Notes: a model not told the origin generated them from the letters alone. A stretch of DNA of 64,000 bases from an uncultured Acidobacteriota bacterium (GCA_963777605.1 CAVZRV010000008.1:64001-128000), one strand, 5' to 3'; shown: positions 1 through 10,018, counted from the first letter of the stretch. Numbers and translations: made by a program.

Positions 1-801
1 TTCATAGATAACGAGATTTCCTGGGGATCGGCCGGTACCGACCGCCAGCATTTCGGACTGGTCTATGGAACCCTCGCCGGCGATGCCAGCTCTCCCGCGA
101 AGCAGGCCTTCGTCTCGCAATTGAAACAGCACTACCGAACCGCTGAGCGGCTCGCCGAGTCCTGGGGGATTCCGGTTTCGTCGTGGGATGCGCTCCTCGC
201 CCAACCACTCGCCGTCGAGGGCCCCCTCGAAGGCCGGATGCGGGAGGATTTCAGGGAGTTTCTGTCAGCGTTTTCCTCCCAGTACTTTCGAGTGGTCCGG
301 GATGCCCAGAGGCGCCACGATCCCAACCATCTGTACCTGGGATGCCGGTTCGCGTTCCGCACTCCTGAAGCGGTCGCCGCCGCCGGTGAGTACTGTGACG
401 TCGTCAGCTTCAACATCTATCGGTCACACGTCGATCCCGGGGAGTGGGGTTTCGTGGACGCGCTTCACAAGCCCTGCATCATCGGGGAGTTTCACTTCGG
501 CGCCGTCGACCGGGGTATGTTCCACACCGGACTGGTGTCAACTCCGAACCAGACCGCCCGGGCTGAAATGTACCGGGACTACATCCACAGCGTCGTAGAC
601 AACCCCTCATTTGTGGGATGTGCCTGGTTTCAATACTTCGATGAGCCGGTCACAGGGCGAACCTACGACGGAGAGAACTACAACATCGGGTTGGTGGACG
701 TGACGGATACGCCTTACCCCGAGATGATCGCCGCCGCGAAGGAGGTCCACGCCGAGGCATACCCCCGGAGATTTGGTTCCGGTGAGACGCCCGCGAAGTA
801 G
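1..801 (+). CDS. GH50 (beta-agarase-like) glycoside hydrolase, C-terminal part, 5'-truncated by the window
   Basis: Frame is open from base 1 (FIDNEISWG). DPNHLYLGCRF, IIGEFHFG and GENYNIGLVDVTDTPY motifs are typical of GH50. Confidence 0.8.
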   Translation, partial: FIDNEISWGSAGTDRQHFGLVYGTLAGDASSPAKQAFVSQLKQHYRTAERLAESWGIPVSSWDALLAQPLAVEGPLEGRMREDFREFLSAFSSQYFRVVRDAQRRHDPNHLYLGCRFAFRTPEAVAAAGEYCDVVSFNIYRSHVDPGEWGFVDALHKPCIIGEFHFGAVDRGMFHTGLVSTPNQTARAEMYRDYIHSVVDNPSFVGCAWFQYFDEPVTGRTYDGENYNIGLVDVTDTPYPEMIAAAKEVHAEAYPRRFGSGETPAK

Positions 802-810
802 TGGCCGAGC

Positions 811-1803
811 TTAGTTGTCCCCGTCGATGAGATCTCCCAGGCCACCCAGGATTGACCCTTCTCCGACCCGTTTACCGCCGCCCTGGGGGGCCGCTTGCAG
901 CATCCGACCGGCCATGCGGGAGAACGGAAGGGACTGCAGCCAGACCTTCCCGGGGCCGACAATGCGGGCAAAGAAGAGGCCCTCACCGCCGAACAGGGCC
1001 GACTTGATGCCACCGACCTGCTGAATGTCAAAGGTCACCCCGTTCTGGAGAGCCACGACGCAGCCGGTGTCAACATGGAATTCCTCGCCCGGAGCGAGAT
1101 CCCGTTCCACCACGGTGCCTCCGGCGTGGACGAATACCCATCCATCGCCCGTCAGCCTCTCCATGATGAAGCCTTCCCCGCCGAACAACCCGGTCAGGAT
1201 CCTTTTCTGCAGGTAAATCCCGATCTGGACGCCCTTGGCGGCGCAGAGGAATGAGTCCTTCTGGCAAATGATCTCTCCGCCGATGGTGGCGAGGTTCACG
1301 GGGATGATGGTTCCGGGATAGGGGGCGCCGAACGCGACATGAGCCTTTCCCGCACCCCGCTGAGTAAAAACGGTGATGAAGAGACTCTCGCCCGTCAGCA
1401 GCCGCTTGCCGGCGCCCATGAGCTTGTCCATGAAACCGCCACCGGAACCGCTCGACGAACCATCTCCGAAGATGGTCTCCAGCTGGACGGTAGAATCCTT
1501 GTACATCATGGCACCGGCTTCAGCGATCGCGCTCTCACCCGGATCAAGCTCGATTTCGACGAACTGCATCTCGTGTCCGATGATCTTGTAATCAATCTCA
1601 TGTGCGCGCCCCGAAACTGGTGGAGGAGGAGCCGCTACCGAAGCAGAAGGAGTGAGTTCAGCCACCTTGGTAATAGGAAGCCATTCGGCAAAGCCTTCCC
1701 GCCAGGCAAATCCATTCGAATTCTGACGGGCGCGCTGAATTGCCTCATCTTTGGTTAAGGGTCCAACCTGCTGACCACCGTAGCTTAAGAACCATTCAGG
1801 CAT
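811..1803 (-). CDS. TIGR00266/AIM24 family protein with N-terminal GYF_2 (DUF4339) domain
   Basis: N-terminal WFLSYGGQQVGPL..AWREGFAEWLP (GYF_2), Pro linker, then AEAGAM, LTGESLF, FGGEG and LQSLPFSR (AIM24). Confidence 0.88.
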   Translation of the reverse strand: MPEWFLSYGGQQVGPLTKDEAIQRARQNSNGFAWREGFAEWLPITKVAELTPSASVAAPPPPVSGRAHEIDYKIIGHEMQFVEIELDPGESAIAEAGAMMYKDSTVQLETIFGDGSSSGSGGGFMDKLMGAGKRLLTGESLFITVFTQRGAGKAHVAFGAPYPGTIIPVNLATIGGEIICQKDSFLCAAKGVQIGIYLQKRILTGLFGGEGFIMERLTGDGWVFVHAGGTVVERDLAPGEEFHVDTGCVVALQNGVTFDIQQVGGIKSALFGGEGLFFARIVGPGKVWLQSLPFSRMAGRMLQAAPQGGGKRVGEGSILGGLGDLIDGDN

Positions 1804-1824
1804 TGTGATGATCTCCTCAGAGTT

Positions 1825-2520
1825 TCAGACAGCTTCGATTCCCAACTGTCTATGCACTTGTTCTGCCGTCCGCTCGTCAATGCCGAGCTGGAGGCTTAAG
1901 TAGTTGATGTAATCTCGTTCAGAGGGGGTGTCGACCTCGATGGCGAGGAGAGATACCGCATAGGCCTGCTCATTGAGATTCGCCGACCGGATCGCCGGTA
2001 TCAGTGACTCGATGTCCGGGGGTTCGGCAAGTTCCCGTTCGATAAAATTTCGATCATCGTCGCCGAGGCCGCCTTCCAGAAGACGCCCCATGATGGCCTT
2101 TCGCTCCGCCTTGTCAATCAAGCCGTCGGCATTGGCGGCAGCGATCATGGCCCGGATCAACAGTACGGCGTGCTGGCGTGTCTCCTCCACGTTCGCGGAT
2201 GCCGGAGCGGGTGTGGCCGGACCGGGAGGAGGCGGCGGAGGCGTCGCCCGTCGGACTCCAGTCGGAGCCGAAGTTGCCGGCGCCTGGGGCGGAGGAGTCA
2301 AACCGGAGGACATTCCCTGGACGGGTTGAGCCTTCTTCTCCGTGAAATGATCGAATGCGGCGATGGCGACACCGATCAGGCCCAGCCCCGCCGCCCCTTT
2401 GATCCCCGGGGTCAGCAGGCTGCCCAGACCGCTGGAACGCCGCCTGGACCTTCTCGACCGACCAGTCGATCCGATGCCCTGCCGGATTAATGCACCAAGG
2501 ATTCTCTCAGGATCTAACAT
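1825..2520 (-). CDS. DUF533 / TerB-like (YebE-type) protein
   Basis: LLIRAMIAAANADGLID..ER motif and YAVSLLAIEVDT.SERDY; N-terminal hydrophobic Gly-rich segment. Confidence 0.85.
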   Translation of the reverse strand: MLDPERILGALIRQGIGSTGRSRRSRRRSSGLGSLLTPGIKGAAGLGLIGVAIAAFDHFTEKKAQPVQGMSSGLTPPPQAPATSAPTGVRRATPPPPPPGPATPAPASANVEETRQHAVLLIRAMIAAANADGLIDKAERKAIMGRLLEGGLGDDDRNFIERELAEPPDIESLIPAIRSANLNEQAYAVSLLAIEVDTPSERDYINYLSLQLGIDERTAEQVHRQLGIEAV

Positions 2521-2719
2521 CGTCTCCCCCTGTTCGGCAGCTGGCTCAACCTATACGCATGGCAGGCCCGTCTATTCATGATAATCCATCGATCTCAGTC
2601 GGGAATGGCGATTCCCAAGCAGCCGGCGCGATTCGGGGCGGAGGCCGATCTCGATCGTCGCAGCTCCGGGAAAGAGCCCGGTCAGCCGGCGTAATCAACG
2701 GCTTCGACCCTTACCGGGA

Positions 2720-3775
2720 TCACTGCCACCGCGGACCCCACCGGACCAGGCCGGGGGTGGTCAGGCGAACACGACACAAGGCGTCGTCGGCAGTGATGTA
2801 AAGACTCGAACCATCGTCACCCCATCCGCAGTTGGCCGTTGCGACTCCCGTCTTGAATTGAGCCAGCCGCTTCCCCAGAGGAGTGATGACATGGATTCCA
2901 CCGGGCCCGGTGGTGAAAACGTTTCCCTTCATGTCAACCTTGAGCCCGTCGGGAAGCCCGGGCTGGTCACGCGCCCACGGACTGAAGTCGAAGAAGACTT
3001 CTCCATCGCCCAGTGTGCCGTCCGATTGAATCGGGAACCGCATGACGACCGGCTTTTCGGGATCTGACACGGCCACATAGAGGAGTGACTCATCGGGCGA
3101 CAGAGCAATGCCGTTGGGAAAAGTGAGGTCTCTGCTCAACAGCACCAGTTCTCCGCCGGGCGAAACCCGAAACACCCCGTTGAAGTCCAATTCCTTTTCG
3201 GGGCTGTCGTTGAGCCCCCCCAGGCCATAAGGAGGATCGGTGAAGTAAATCGCACCGGATGAATCGACGACCAGATCATTGGGGCTGTTAAAACGCTTGC
3301 CCTCGAAGTGGTCGACAACCGTTGTAAAGCGGTGATCCGGCTCGAGACGAGCAATCCGCCGGTCGCCATGCTGGCAGAGCAAGAGGCGTCCCTCCAGGTC
3401 CAGCGCCAGGCCGTTCGAACCCGGTTCCCGCTCGCGCTGCCCCGGACCGGTATAGCCGGACGGTCGGAGAAATTCGGTGACCCCTTCCCCCGGTTTCCAG
3501 CGGTAAACGACGTTCTGGGGAACATCGGAAAACAGCAGCGCTTCGTCGGAAGGGACCCAGACCGGCCCCTCCGACCAGTCAAACCCGTCGGCAAGCTTCT
3601 CAATGACAGCGTCGGGAGGCAACAGTTCATCGATGGCAGGGTCCAGGCGCTCAATCGTTCCCAGGACGGGGACCGCCTTCGAGGCCGAATCTCCCGTGCC
3701 GGTCTTGACGGAACAGCCCGCAGCCGAAAGCAGGAGAACACAACCAATTAGCTCAAGTCGACGTGATCTTCTCAC
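2720..3775 (-). CDS. SMP-30/gluconolactonase family lipoprotein
   Basis: WSEGPVW, GSNGL, NSPNDL, FTDPPYG and PDGLKVD motifs. GTG start at 3775 after a GAGGG RBS; lipobox LSAAGC. Confidence 0.9.
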   Translation of the reverse strand: MRRSRRLELIGCVLLLSAAGCSVKTGTGDSASKAVPVLGTIERLDPAIDELLPPDAVIEKLADGFDWSEGPVWVPSDEALLFSDVPQNVVYRWKPGEGVTEFLRPSGYTGPGQREREPGSNGLALDLEGRLLLCQHGDRRIARLEPDHRFTTVVDHFEGKRFNSPNDLVVDSSGAIYFTDPPYGLGGLNDSPEKELDFNGVFRVSPGGELVLLSRDLTFPNGIALSPDESLLYVAVSDPEKPVVMRFPIQSDGTLGDGEVFFDFSPWARDQPGLPDGLKVDMKGNVFTTGPGGIHVITPLGKRLAQFKTGVATANCGWGDDGSSLYITADDALCRVRLTTPGLVRWGPRWQ

Positions 3776-3783
3776 CGATCCCT

Positions 3784-5121
3784 CTAGATTTCCGGGAGTT
3801 TCCAGGGCGCCCGATAAGCACGGCCGACGTAATTCGCAGCTTCGGGGTGCCCGGTGATCTTCTCGGTCACCGGATCCCAACGAACCTGGGTGCGCAACCG
3901 GGCTGCGATATTCCCCAAGTGGCAGGCGATTACCGACTTGTGTCCGATTTCGACGTCGGCGGTCGGTCGCTGCCTCGTCCTGAGACAATCCAGGAAGTTC
4001 TTGACGTGTTCGAAATGATAGTCGCCGGAACCGCCACGCCTCGGCATTCCTTCCATTCGATAAACCCGCGGCTTCCCGTCAGAGTCAGTCTCCGAGTGAA
4101 CTTCCCAGCCCCCACGATCGACCACGAGGATGCCGTTTTGCCCGTGGAACTCGACCCCGTGTTCACGCTGCCAGGGCCCAACACCACAACCGAGCATGTG
4201 TTCCCAGGTCAGGGAGAAACTGGGAAACTCGACAATCGACTGTTGAGTGTCGGGCGTTTCCATGATGTCGTCCGGATAGGCGTACTTGCCGCCCATGGCC
4301 ATGGCGCCAACCGGGTCTTCCTTCATCGCCCACATCGCCACATCGACCATGTGTGCACCCCAGTCGGTCATCAAACCACCCGAGTAATCCCAGAACCAGC
4401 GAAATGTGAAGTGGAAACGAGCCGGGTTGAAAGGGCGTTTCCTGGCGGGCCCAAGCCACATGTCATAGTCCACCGTCGCCGGAGGAGTTCCGTCGGGAGG
4501 GTTGCCCAGGCCCCCTTTCCAGTCAATGTAAGCCCACGCCCGGACCTGGCGGATCTTTCCGAGTCTGCCCGACTGGACGTAAGCCACGGCATCTCCGAAA
4601 TGCTGCGAACTCCGCTGCTGGGTTCCGATCTGGACGACCCGATTGTACTTCCGTGCCGCCGAGACCATCCGGCGCCCCTCCTCAATCGAGGTTGCCAGCG
4701 GCTTCTCACAGTAGACGTCTTTCCCGGACTGACAGGCCATGATGGTTGGCAGCGCGTGCCAGTGGTCGGGAGTGGCGACGATGACCGCGTCAATGTCTTT
4801 CCGGTCCAGGATTTTCCGGAAATCCTGAACGGTGTCCGGGCGAGACCCCCGCATTTCCTCGACGAGTTTCACGCCCTCGGCTGACTGGGCCGTGTCTACG
4901 TCGGCAATCGCCAGGCACTCGACCTCGGGGTTGCGGAGAAAATCGCGCAGATCTCCCCGTCCCATCCCCCCGGAGCCAATCAGCGCGACGTGAATCTTGT
5001 CGTTCGCGCTGCCCAGGGAGGTAGTTGCGGCCGAACCGGTTGACACGACGCCGAGGCCGGCAGCCACAGCAGAAGCCTTTGCCGATCTGTCCAGAAAATT
5101 GCGTCGAGTGATGTTTTCCAT
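3784..5121 (-). CDS. Tat-exported Gfo/Idh/MocA oxidoreductase
   Basis: TRRNFL twin-Arg motif, ALIGSGGMG, ATPDHWH, YCEKP, GTQQRS, DWGAH. Confidence 0.92.
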   Translation of the reverse strand: MENITRRNFLDRSAKASAVAAGLGVVSTGSAATTSLGSANDKIHVALIGSGGMGRGDLRDFLRNPEVECLAIADVDTAQSAEGVKLVEEMRGSRPDTVQDFRKILDRKDIDAVIVATPDHWHALPTIMACQSGKDVYCEKPLATSIEEGRRMVSAARKYNRVVQIGTQQRSSQHFGDAVAYVQSGRLGKIRQVRAWAYIDWKGGLGNPPDGTPPATVDYDMWLGPARKRPFNPARFHFTFRWFWDYSGGLMTDWGAHMVDVAMWAMKEDPVGAMAMGGKYAYPDDIMETPDTQQSIVEFPSFSLTWEHMLGCGVGPWQREHGVEFHGQNGILVVDRGGWEVHSETDSDGKPRVYRMEGMPRRGGSGDYHFEHVKNFLDCLRTRQRPTADVEIGHKSVIACHLGNIAARLRTQVRWDPVTEKITGHPEAANYVGRAYRAPWKLPEI

Positions 5122-5272
5122 ATCAGCGAGAATCCTCCGTTTTGATCGACCCGGGCGGGCCAAGAGCATTTTCGATTATCCTCAATGGAATGGCAACCCT
5201 TTAATCCGGGCGGCTTGCGGGGCAGCCTATTTGACACCGGAACGGGCGAGGACGGACAATCTGGCTTACCAA

Positions 5273-5689
5273 ATGGCGAAGGTAACGATCTGCAGGAAAG
5301 TTTCATTCAGCAGCGGACACCGGTACTTCATTCCGGACCATGGAGAAGAGGCAAATCGGGAAATATACGGTTCCCGGTTCTCGAGTGCCGGCTTCGGACA
5401 CAATTTCATCCTCCAGGTATACCTCGAAGGGGAAGTTGACCCGCTGACCGGGATGGTGGTCAACCTGAAGGATGTCGATGCGCTGGTCAAGAAAGTCGTA
5501 GAACCGCTCGACCATCATTATCTCAACGCCGACATACCCTACTTCCAGGAAGTAGTCCCGACCGCGGAGAACATCACGCTTTACTGTTTCCGGCAGATCC
5601 GGAAACGGCTGGAGTCTGATTCGGTGCGGCTGAAACAGGTCCGGCTGTACGAGGGTGACGATCTCTGGGTCGATTGTAGAGAGGACTGA
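5273..5689 (+). CDS. 6-pyruvoyl-tetrahydropterin synthase (QueD/PTPS fold), degenerate active site
   Basis: FSSGHRY, GHNF, GEVDPLTGMVVNL, LDH, PTAEN and LYE motifs; lacks the usual Cys and has FGH instead of HGH. Confidence 0.8.
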   Translation: MAKVTICRKVSFSSGHRYFIPDHGEEANREIYGSRFSSAGFGHNFILQVYLEGEVDPLTGMVVNLKDVDALVKKVVEPLDHHYLNADIPYFQEVVPTAENITLYCFRQIRKRLESDSVRLKQVRLYEGDDLWVDCRED

Positions 5690-5697
5690 TTCCGCTC

Positions 5698-6093
5698 ATG
5701 GGTGAACACGTCTCCGTCACGCGTCGATACCGGCTTCCTGCTCTCCACACTCTTTCCGGGGCGGGATTGTCGGCCACCGAGAACGAATCCGTTTTCGGCG
5801 CCTGCAGCCGGTTGCACGGTCACGAATACCTGGTGGACGTTACCCTGGAAGGTCCGGTCGAGGGCGTGTCCGGGGTCGTCTTCAGCGTGGATGAACTCGA
5901 TCGCCTGGTTTCTCTGCGGATTCTCGAACCGTTCAGAGGAGCCAACCTCAGTGATCACTTCGCGCACACCACGGGTGAAGCGCTCGCCCTCGACTTCTAT
6001 CGCATCCTCGAATCGGAGTTCCCTTCGACCGTACGGTTGCTTGCGGTGACTGTACACGAGACGTCGAAGAACTCGTTTACCGCCCGCGCGTAA
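5698..6093 (+). CDS. 6-pyruvoyl-tetrahydropterin synthase / 6-carboxytetrahydropterin synthase family
   Basis: ALHTL..FGACSRLHGHEY, TTGE and VHETSKN motifs; starts 8 bp after the paralog. Confidence 0.8.
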   Translation: MGEHVSVTRRYRLPALHTLSGAGLSATENESVFGACSRLHGHEYLVDVTLEGPVEGVSGVVFSVDELDRLVSLRILEPFRGANLSDHFAHTTGEALALDFYRILESEFPSTVRLLAVTVHETSKNSFTARA

Positions 6094-6203
6094 GCAAAGG
6101 ACTTTCCCGCTGGTCTGGGGATCGCCGCGGCCCGACCCCGGTATCAGGGCGAACCAGGTCGGGATCACGCCGGCCACGCACTCAGATTCGGCAGGAGTTG
6201 TCT

Positions 6204-7541
6204 CTAGGCGACTGTGGACTCCGCCCAGTGATGATCCTCCCGCTCGAAAAAGAACTTGGTCTTCCCAAATGCGGGCTGCAGGTCATCGAGCCAGTAGGCC
6301 TTCGGGTTGAAATCGGCAAAGAACGGACGTCCCACCCAGGCCGGATCTCTCGCCTGCAGGAACTGGAGCACAAAGACCTTGTCCATGCCGACCTGCGCGG
6401 TACCGAGAATCTGAACCTTGCCCGCGAAGGCTGACATCGATGGCCCTCGAACCGTTCTCGCCAGGCCCGAAACCTTCTGGATCGCATCGCGGTAGATCCG
6501 GTGGGCTCGTTGCAGGGGAAGCTGAAAGTACTCTTTCGGCCCGGTGTCCCGCTCGACGAACATGTAGTACGGCACCATTCCCAGTCGAACGGAATTGCGC
6601 CACATCTTCTCCCAGACGACGGGGTCGTCGTTGACGTGCTGAATCAACGGGGCTTGGACCCGAATTTCGGCGCCAGTATTGCGGATGCGCCGGATGGCCT
6701 TCTTCACCTGAGGGGGCTCGAGCTCTTTAAAGTGACTGAAATGGCCCATCAAAGCGAGGTGACGGTTGGTCGCCACGATCTCTTCGAAAAGTCGCAGGAG
6801 GTCCTCCGCATCCGCATCCGAGACGAACCGATCGGGCCAGTAGGAAAGCGACTTGGTGCCGATCCGGATCGACTGCAGGTTGGGGAGATTGGCATCCAGG
6901 ACCGGTTCGAGGAATCGTCGGAGCACTTGACTGCGCATGATCATTGGATCGCCGCCGGTCAAAAGCAGGTCGGTCACTTCCGGGTGGGACTTGAGGTAGG
7001 CGACCAACTCAGAAGCGTCCTTGGCCTGGAACTTGAGGCCGGGCATCTTCATGAACTGAGGCCAGCGGAAGCAGTACGTACAGAAAGCGTGACAGGTCTG
7101 TCCCTGGGCCGGGAAGAAGAGGACCGTCTCGCGATACTTGTGCTGAATTCCCTCGAGTCGTCGTCCCTGCACGACCGGAACGTTGTGGGTGAACTGGCCC
7201 GCGGGATGAGGATTGAGCCGCTTCTGAATCTCGCGGGCGACCGGGCCGGTTGCTGGCGTGGCCTGCCCGTCCACCAACGTCTCCCGAACCGATTCGTAAT
7301 CGTCCTCGGAGAGCATTTCGGGGTGGGGGAACACGAGACGAAAGATGGGATCGTCCGGGATGTTTGACCAATCGATCAAGTTCCTCGTGACGTAGGTGTT
7401 GGTCCGAAATGGGAGCACCTGGCCGACCACCGTTAACCCTTCCTGCAGTTGAGACGACAGCCAGTTCCATTCCGGAAAACGTCGGATGTTTGAGAGTGTC
7501 AACGCCTGATAGGCATTCTCCCTTTTGAACAAAGCTTCCAT
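6204..7541 (-). CDS. KamA-family radical SAM aminomutase (lysine 2,3-aminomutase-like)
   Basis: HKYRETVL, CHAFCTYCFR (CxxxCxxC), LLTGGDP, IRIGTK, PYYMF and GKV (PLP Lys position). Start codon uncertain. Confidence 0.88.
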   Translation of the reverse strand: MEALFKRENAYQALTLSNIRRFPEWNWLSSQLQEGLTVVGQVLPFRTNTYVTRNLIDWSNIPDDPIFRLVFPHPEMLSEDDYESVRETLVDGQATPATGPVAREIQKRLNPHPAGQFTHNVPVVQGRRLEGIQHKYRETVLFFPAQGQTCHAFCTYCFRWPQFMKMPGLKFQAKDASELVAYLKSHPEVTDLLLTGGDPMIMRSQVLRRFLEPVLDANLPNLQSIRIGTKSLSYWPDRFVSDADAEDLLRLFEEIVATNRHLALMGHFSHFKELEPPQVKKAIRRIRNTGAEIRVQAPLIQHVNDDPVVWEKMWRNSVRLGMVPYYMFVERDTGPKEYFQLPLQRAHRIYRDAIQKVSGLARTVRGPSMSAFAGKVQILGTAQVGMDKVFVLQFLQARDPAWVGRPFFADFNPKAYWLDDLQPAFGKTKFFFEREDHHWAESTVA

Positions 7542-7629
7542 TTCGGGTTTCCTTCTTCCGGGCAAACTGGTCCGCGCAGACTCATCTGGAGCGTTCGCAG
7601 TCGCATGAGCGTTTAACCCTGATTGAAGC

Positions 7630-7645
7630 TGCCAGAATTGCGCCA
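7630..7645 (-). promoter_or_regulatory. Possible sigma54 -24/-12 promoter for the KamA-like gene
   Basis: Minus strand TGGCGC-AATTC-TGGCA has correct GG/GC spacing, about 90 bp upstream of the ATG at 7541. Confidence 0.4.
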
Positions 7646-7845
7646 TTCAACCGGTGTTAGACCCGGAGAAGGCATGAATGGCTCGTCTGAGCGGTGGGTG
7701 CCTCGTCGAAGCTACCCGTCGACAGCAACATTCACAGGAACGATTTCTTACTTTTTCTTTTTACCACAGGGGCGGCGGTTTCGGCCACAGAAAATGCTCG
7801 GTCGAGGGCCTCCCTTAGCTGCTGAGCGTCCCGTTTGGCTCTGAT

Positions 7846-8316
7846 ATGATTGCCGGAATGAAGCAATCCTGGCTGGTAAAAAGCGAGCCCTCGGTATACT
7901 CGATCGATGATCTCGAACGGGAAGATCGAACCTACTGGGACGGAATCCGAAATTACCAGGCCCGGAACCTGATGCGGGATGGAATGAAGCAGGGAGACTT
8001 GGTCCTCTTCTACCACAGCAACGCGGACCCAACCGGGGTCGTGGGGGTTGCAGTAGTGGACAAGGAGGCCTATCCGGATTTTACTTCCTGGGATCCCTCC
8101 AGTTCCTACTTCGATGAGAAATCGACCCCTGAGCAGCCGCGCTGGCTGATGGTTGACATTGCCTTCCGTGAAAAGTTCGACCGCATCGTCTCGTTGGAAG
8201 AAATCAAACAGGAACCGGCCCTGCAGGACATGGTCCTGGTGAAGAACAGTCGCCTTTCGGTACAACCGGTCAAGCCGGAGGAGTTCCGGCTGATCTGCGA
8301 AATGTCGCGTCGTTAG
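7846..8316 (+). CDS. EVE domain protein
   Basis: WLVKSEP, WDGIRNYQARN, LFYHS and RLSVQPV motifs; start may be 7858. Confidence 0.92.
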   Translation: MIAGMKQSWLVKSEPSVYSIDDLEREDRTYWDGIRNYQARNLMRDGMKQGDLVLFYHSNADPTGVVGVAVVDKEAYPDFTSWDPSSSYFDEKSTPEQPRWLMVDIAFREKFDRIVSLEEIKQEPALQDMVLVKNSRLSVQPVKPEEFRLICEMSRR

Positions 8317-8337
8317 TCCGAGCATCGGAGGAGAATC

Positions 8338-9885
8338 ATGAACTTGACCGCAGACAGAGAGGAACGAGTTCGAGCACTGCTCAAAAAACTGGAAATTCAG
8401 GACGTCAACAGAGGGGCGTGCACGGGGTTTGATCAGTGGCTGGATGTAAGCGGTGGCGAACTGGTCTCGTACGACCCCACGAATGGAAAGCCCCTGGCCA
8501 GCGTGACCCAGTGCGATGCGGCCTCGTACGACTCGATCATCGACAAGGCTGTCCGGGCATTTCACTCCTGGAAGAACGTTCCCGCGCCCAAAAGAGGCCT
8601 TCTGGTTCGAGACCTTGGAAATGCCCTTCGTGAGGTCCAGGAGCCTCTCGGGGAGTTAATCGCCGTTGAAATGGGCAAGATCAGGGCCGAGGGAGTGGGT
8701 GAAGTTCAGGAGATGATCGATATCTGTGATTTTGCCGTCGGCCTGTCACGCCAGCTGTATGGGCTGACGATGCCGTCGGAACGGGCCGCTCACCGGATGT
8801 TCGAGCAGTGGCACCCTCTGGGTGCGATCGGGATCATTACCGCGTTCAATTTTCCGGCCGCGGTCTGGGCCTGGAACTCTGCGATCGCTGCGGTGTCCGG
8901 AGACACCATGCTGTGGAAGCCCTCGCATTCGACTCCGCTCGTCGCAATTGCCATCCAGAACGTGGCCAACCGGGTTTGCCGGGACCATGGTGTGGACGGC
9001 ATCTTCAACCTGATCGTCGGCAACCGGCATGAGGTGGGCGACAAGATGCTCGGGGACCCCAGAGTCTCGCTGATCAGCTTCACGGGCTCCGTTCGTGTCG
9101 GAAAGCATGTGGCCTCGACCGTCACCGGCCGCCTTGGTCGCACTATTCTCGAGTTGGGGGGGAACAACGCTGTTATCGTCACGCCTCACGCCAGGCTTGA
9201 CCTTGCGTTGCGCGCCGTGCTCTTTGGGGCGGTCGGTACCGCCGGGCAGCGTTGTACGACGACCCGCCGTCTGATCATTCACAAGAGCATTTCCGAAGAA
9301 TTCTGCCGCAAACTGGTCTTCGCCTATCAGCAGTTGACGATCGGGGATCCGGTTGAATCTTCGACCCTGATGGGCCCGCTCGTTCACGAAGGTGCGGTGG
9401 AAGACATGATGGCCGCCCTGGACGCAGTTCGGAAGCAGGGCGGCGAGATTCTCACCGGCGGGAGGAGGCTACCCGAACTCGGAGCCTGTTTCGTTGAACC
9501 GACGATCGTCAGAGTCCCCAGCCAGACACCCATGGTCTGCGAAGAGACCTTTGCCCCAATCCTTTACGTTCTCGAGTACGAAACAATCGAGGAAGCGATC
9601 GCTATCCATAATGGAGTTCCTCAGGGCCTGTCCAGTGCGATATTTACTACCAACCTCCAGGAGTCGGAGCGGTTCCTTTCGCTGGGTGGCTCGGACTGCG
9701 GAATCGCCAACGTCAACCTCGGCACCAGCGGTGCGGAGATCGGTGGAGCGTTCGGAGGCGAAAAGGACACGGGAGGCGGCCGGGAGTCGGGTTCCGACGC
9801 CTGGAAAGCGTACATGCGGCGGCAGACCAACACAGTCAACTGGTCCGACAATCTTCCACTGGCACAGGGGATCAAATTCGGCTAG
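8338..9885 (+). CDS. Aldehyde dehydrogenase family 7 (alpha-aminoadipate semialdehyde / P6C dehydrogenase-like)
   Basis: GEVQEMIDICDFAVGLSRQLYG, LELGGNNA, GTAGQRCT, GGGRESGSDAWKAYMRRQT and LPLAQGIKF. Confidence 0.92.
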   Translation: MNLTADREERVRALLKKLEIQDVNRGACTGFDQWLDVSGGELVSYDPTNGKPLASVTQCDAASYDSIIDKAVRAFHSWKNVPAPKRGLLVRDLGNALREVQEPLGELIAVEMGKIRAEGVGEVQEMIDICDFAVGLSRQLYGLTMPSERAAHRMFEQWHPLGAIGIITAFNFPAAVWAWNSAIAAVSGDTMLWKPSHSTPLVAIAIQNVANRVCRDHGVDGIFNLIVGNRHEVGDKMLGDPRVSLISFTGSVRVGKHVASTVTGRLGRTILELGGNNAVIVTPHARLDLALRAVLFGAVGTAGQRCTTTRRLIIHKSISEEFCRKLVFAYQQLTIGDPVESSTLMGPLVHEGAVEDMMAALDAVRKQGGEILTGGRRLPELGACFVEPTIVRVPSQTPMVCEETFAPILYVLEYETIEEAIAIHNGVPQGLSSAIFTTNLQESERFLSLGGSDCGIANVNLGTSGAEIGGAFGGEKDTGGGRESGSDAWKAYMRRQTNTVNWSDNLPLAQGIKFG

Positions 9886-9889
9886 GGGA

Positions 9890-9953
9890 ACAAGGAGAGG
9901 CAGGATCCTGCCTCTCCTTGTCATCTATTAAAAACCCGAGCTTTTAACTCGGG
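9890..9953. terminator. Perfect 32-bp palindrome plus second hairpin between convergent genes
   Basis: ACAAGGAGAGGCAGGA|TCCTGCCTCTCCTTGT at 9890-9921, then CCCGAG..CTCGGG at 9935-9953. Confidence 0.6.
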
Positions 9954-10018
9954 ACGAAGCCTGTTTCGCTACACCCTAATTAGACGCGGCAAGGGGGAAT
10001 AGGTTTCACTGGTATCGC

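Noticed and set aside
7846-8316. EVE protein as part of a modification-dependent restriction system
   Set aside because: It is a stand-alone EVE domain with no nuclease fusion or neighbouring defence genes.
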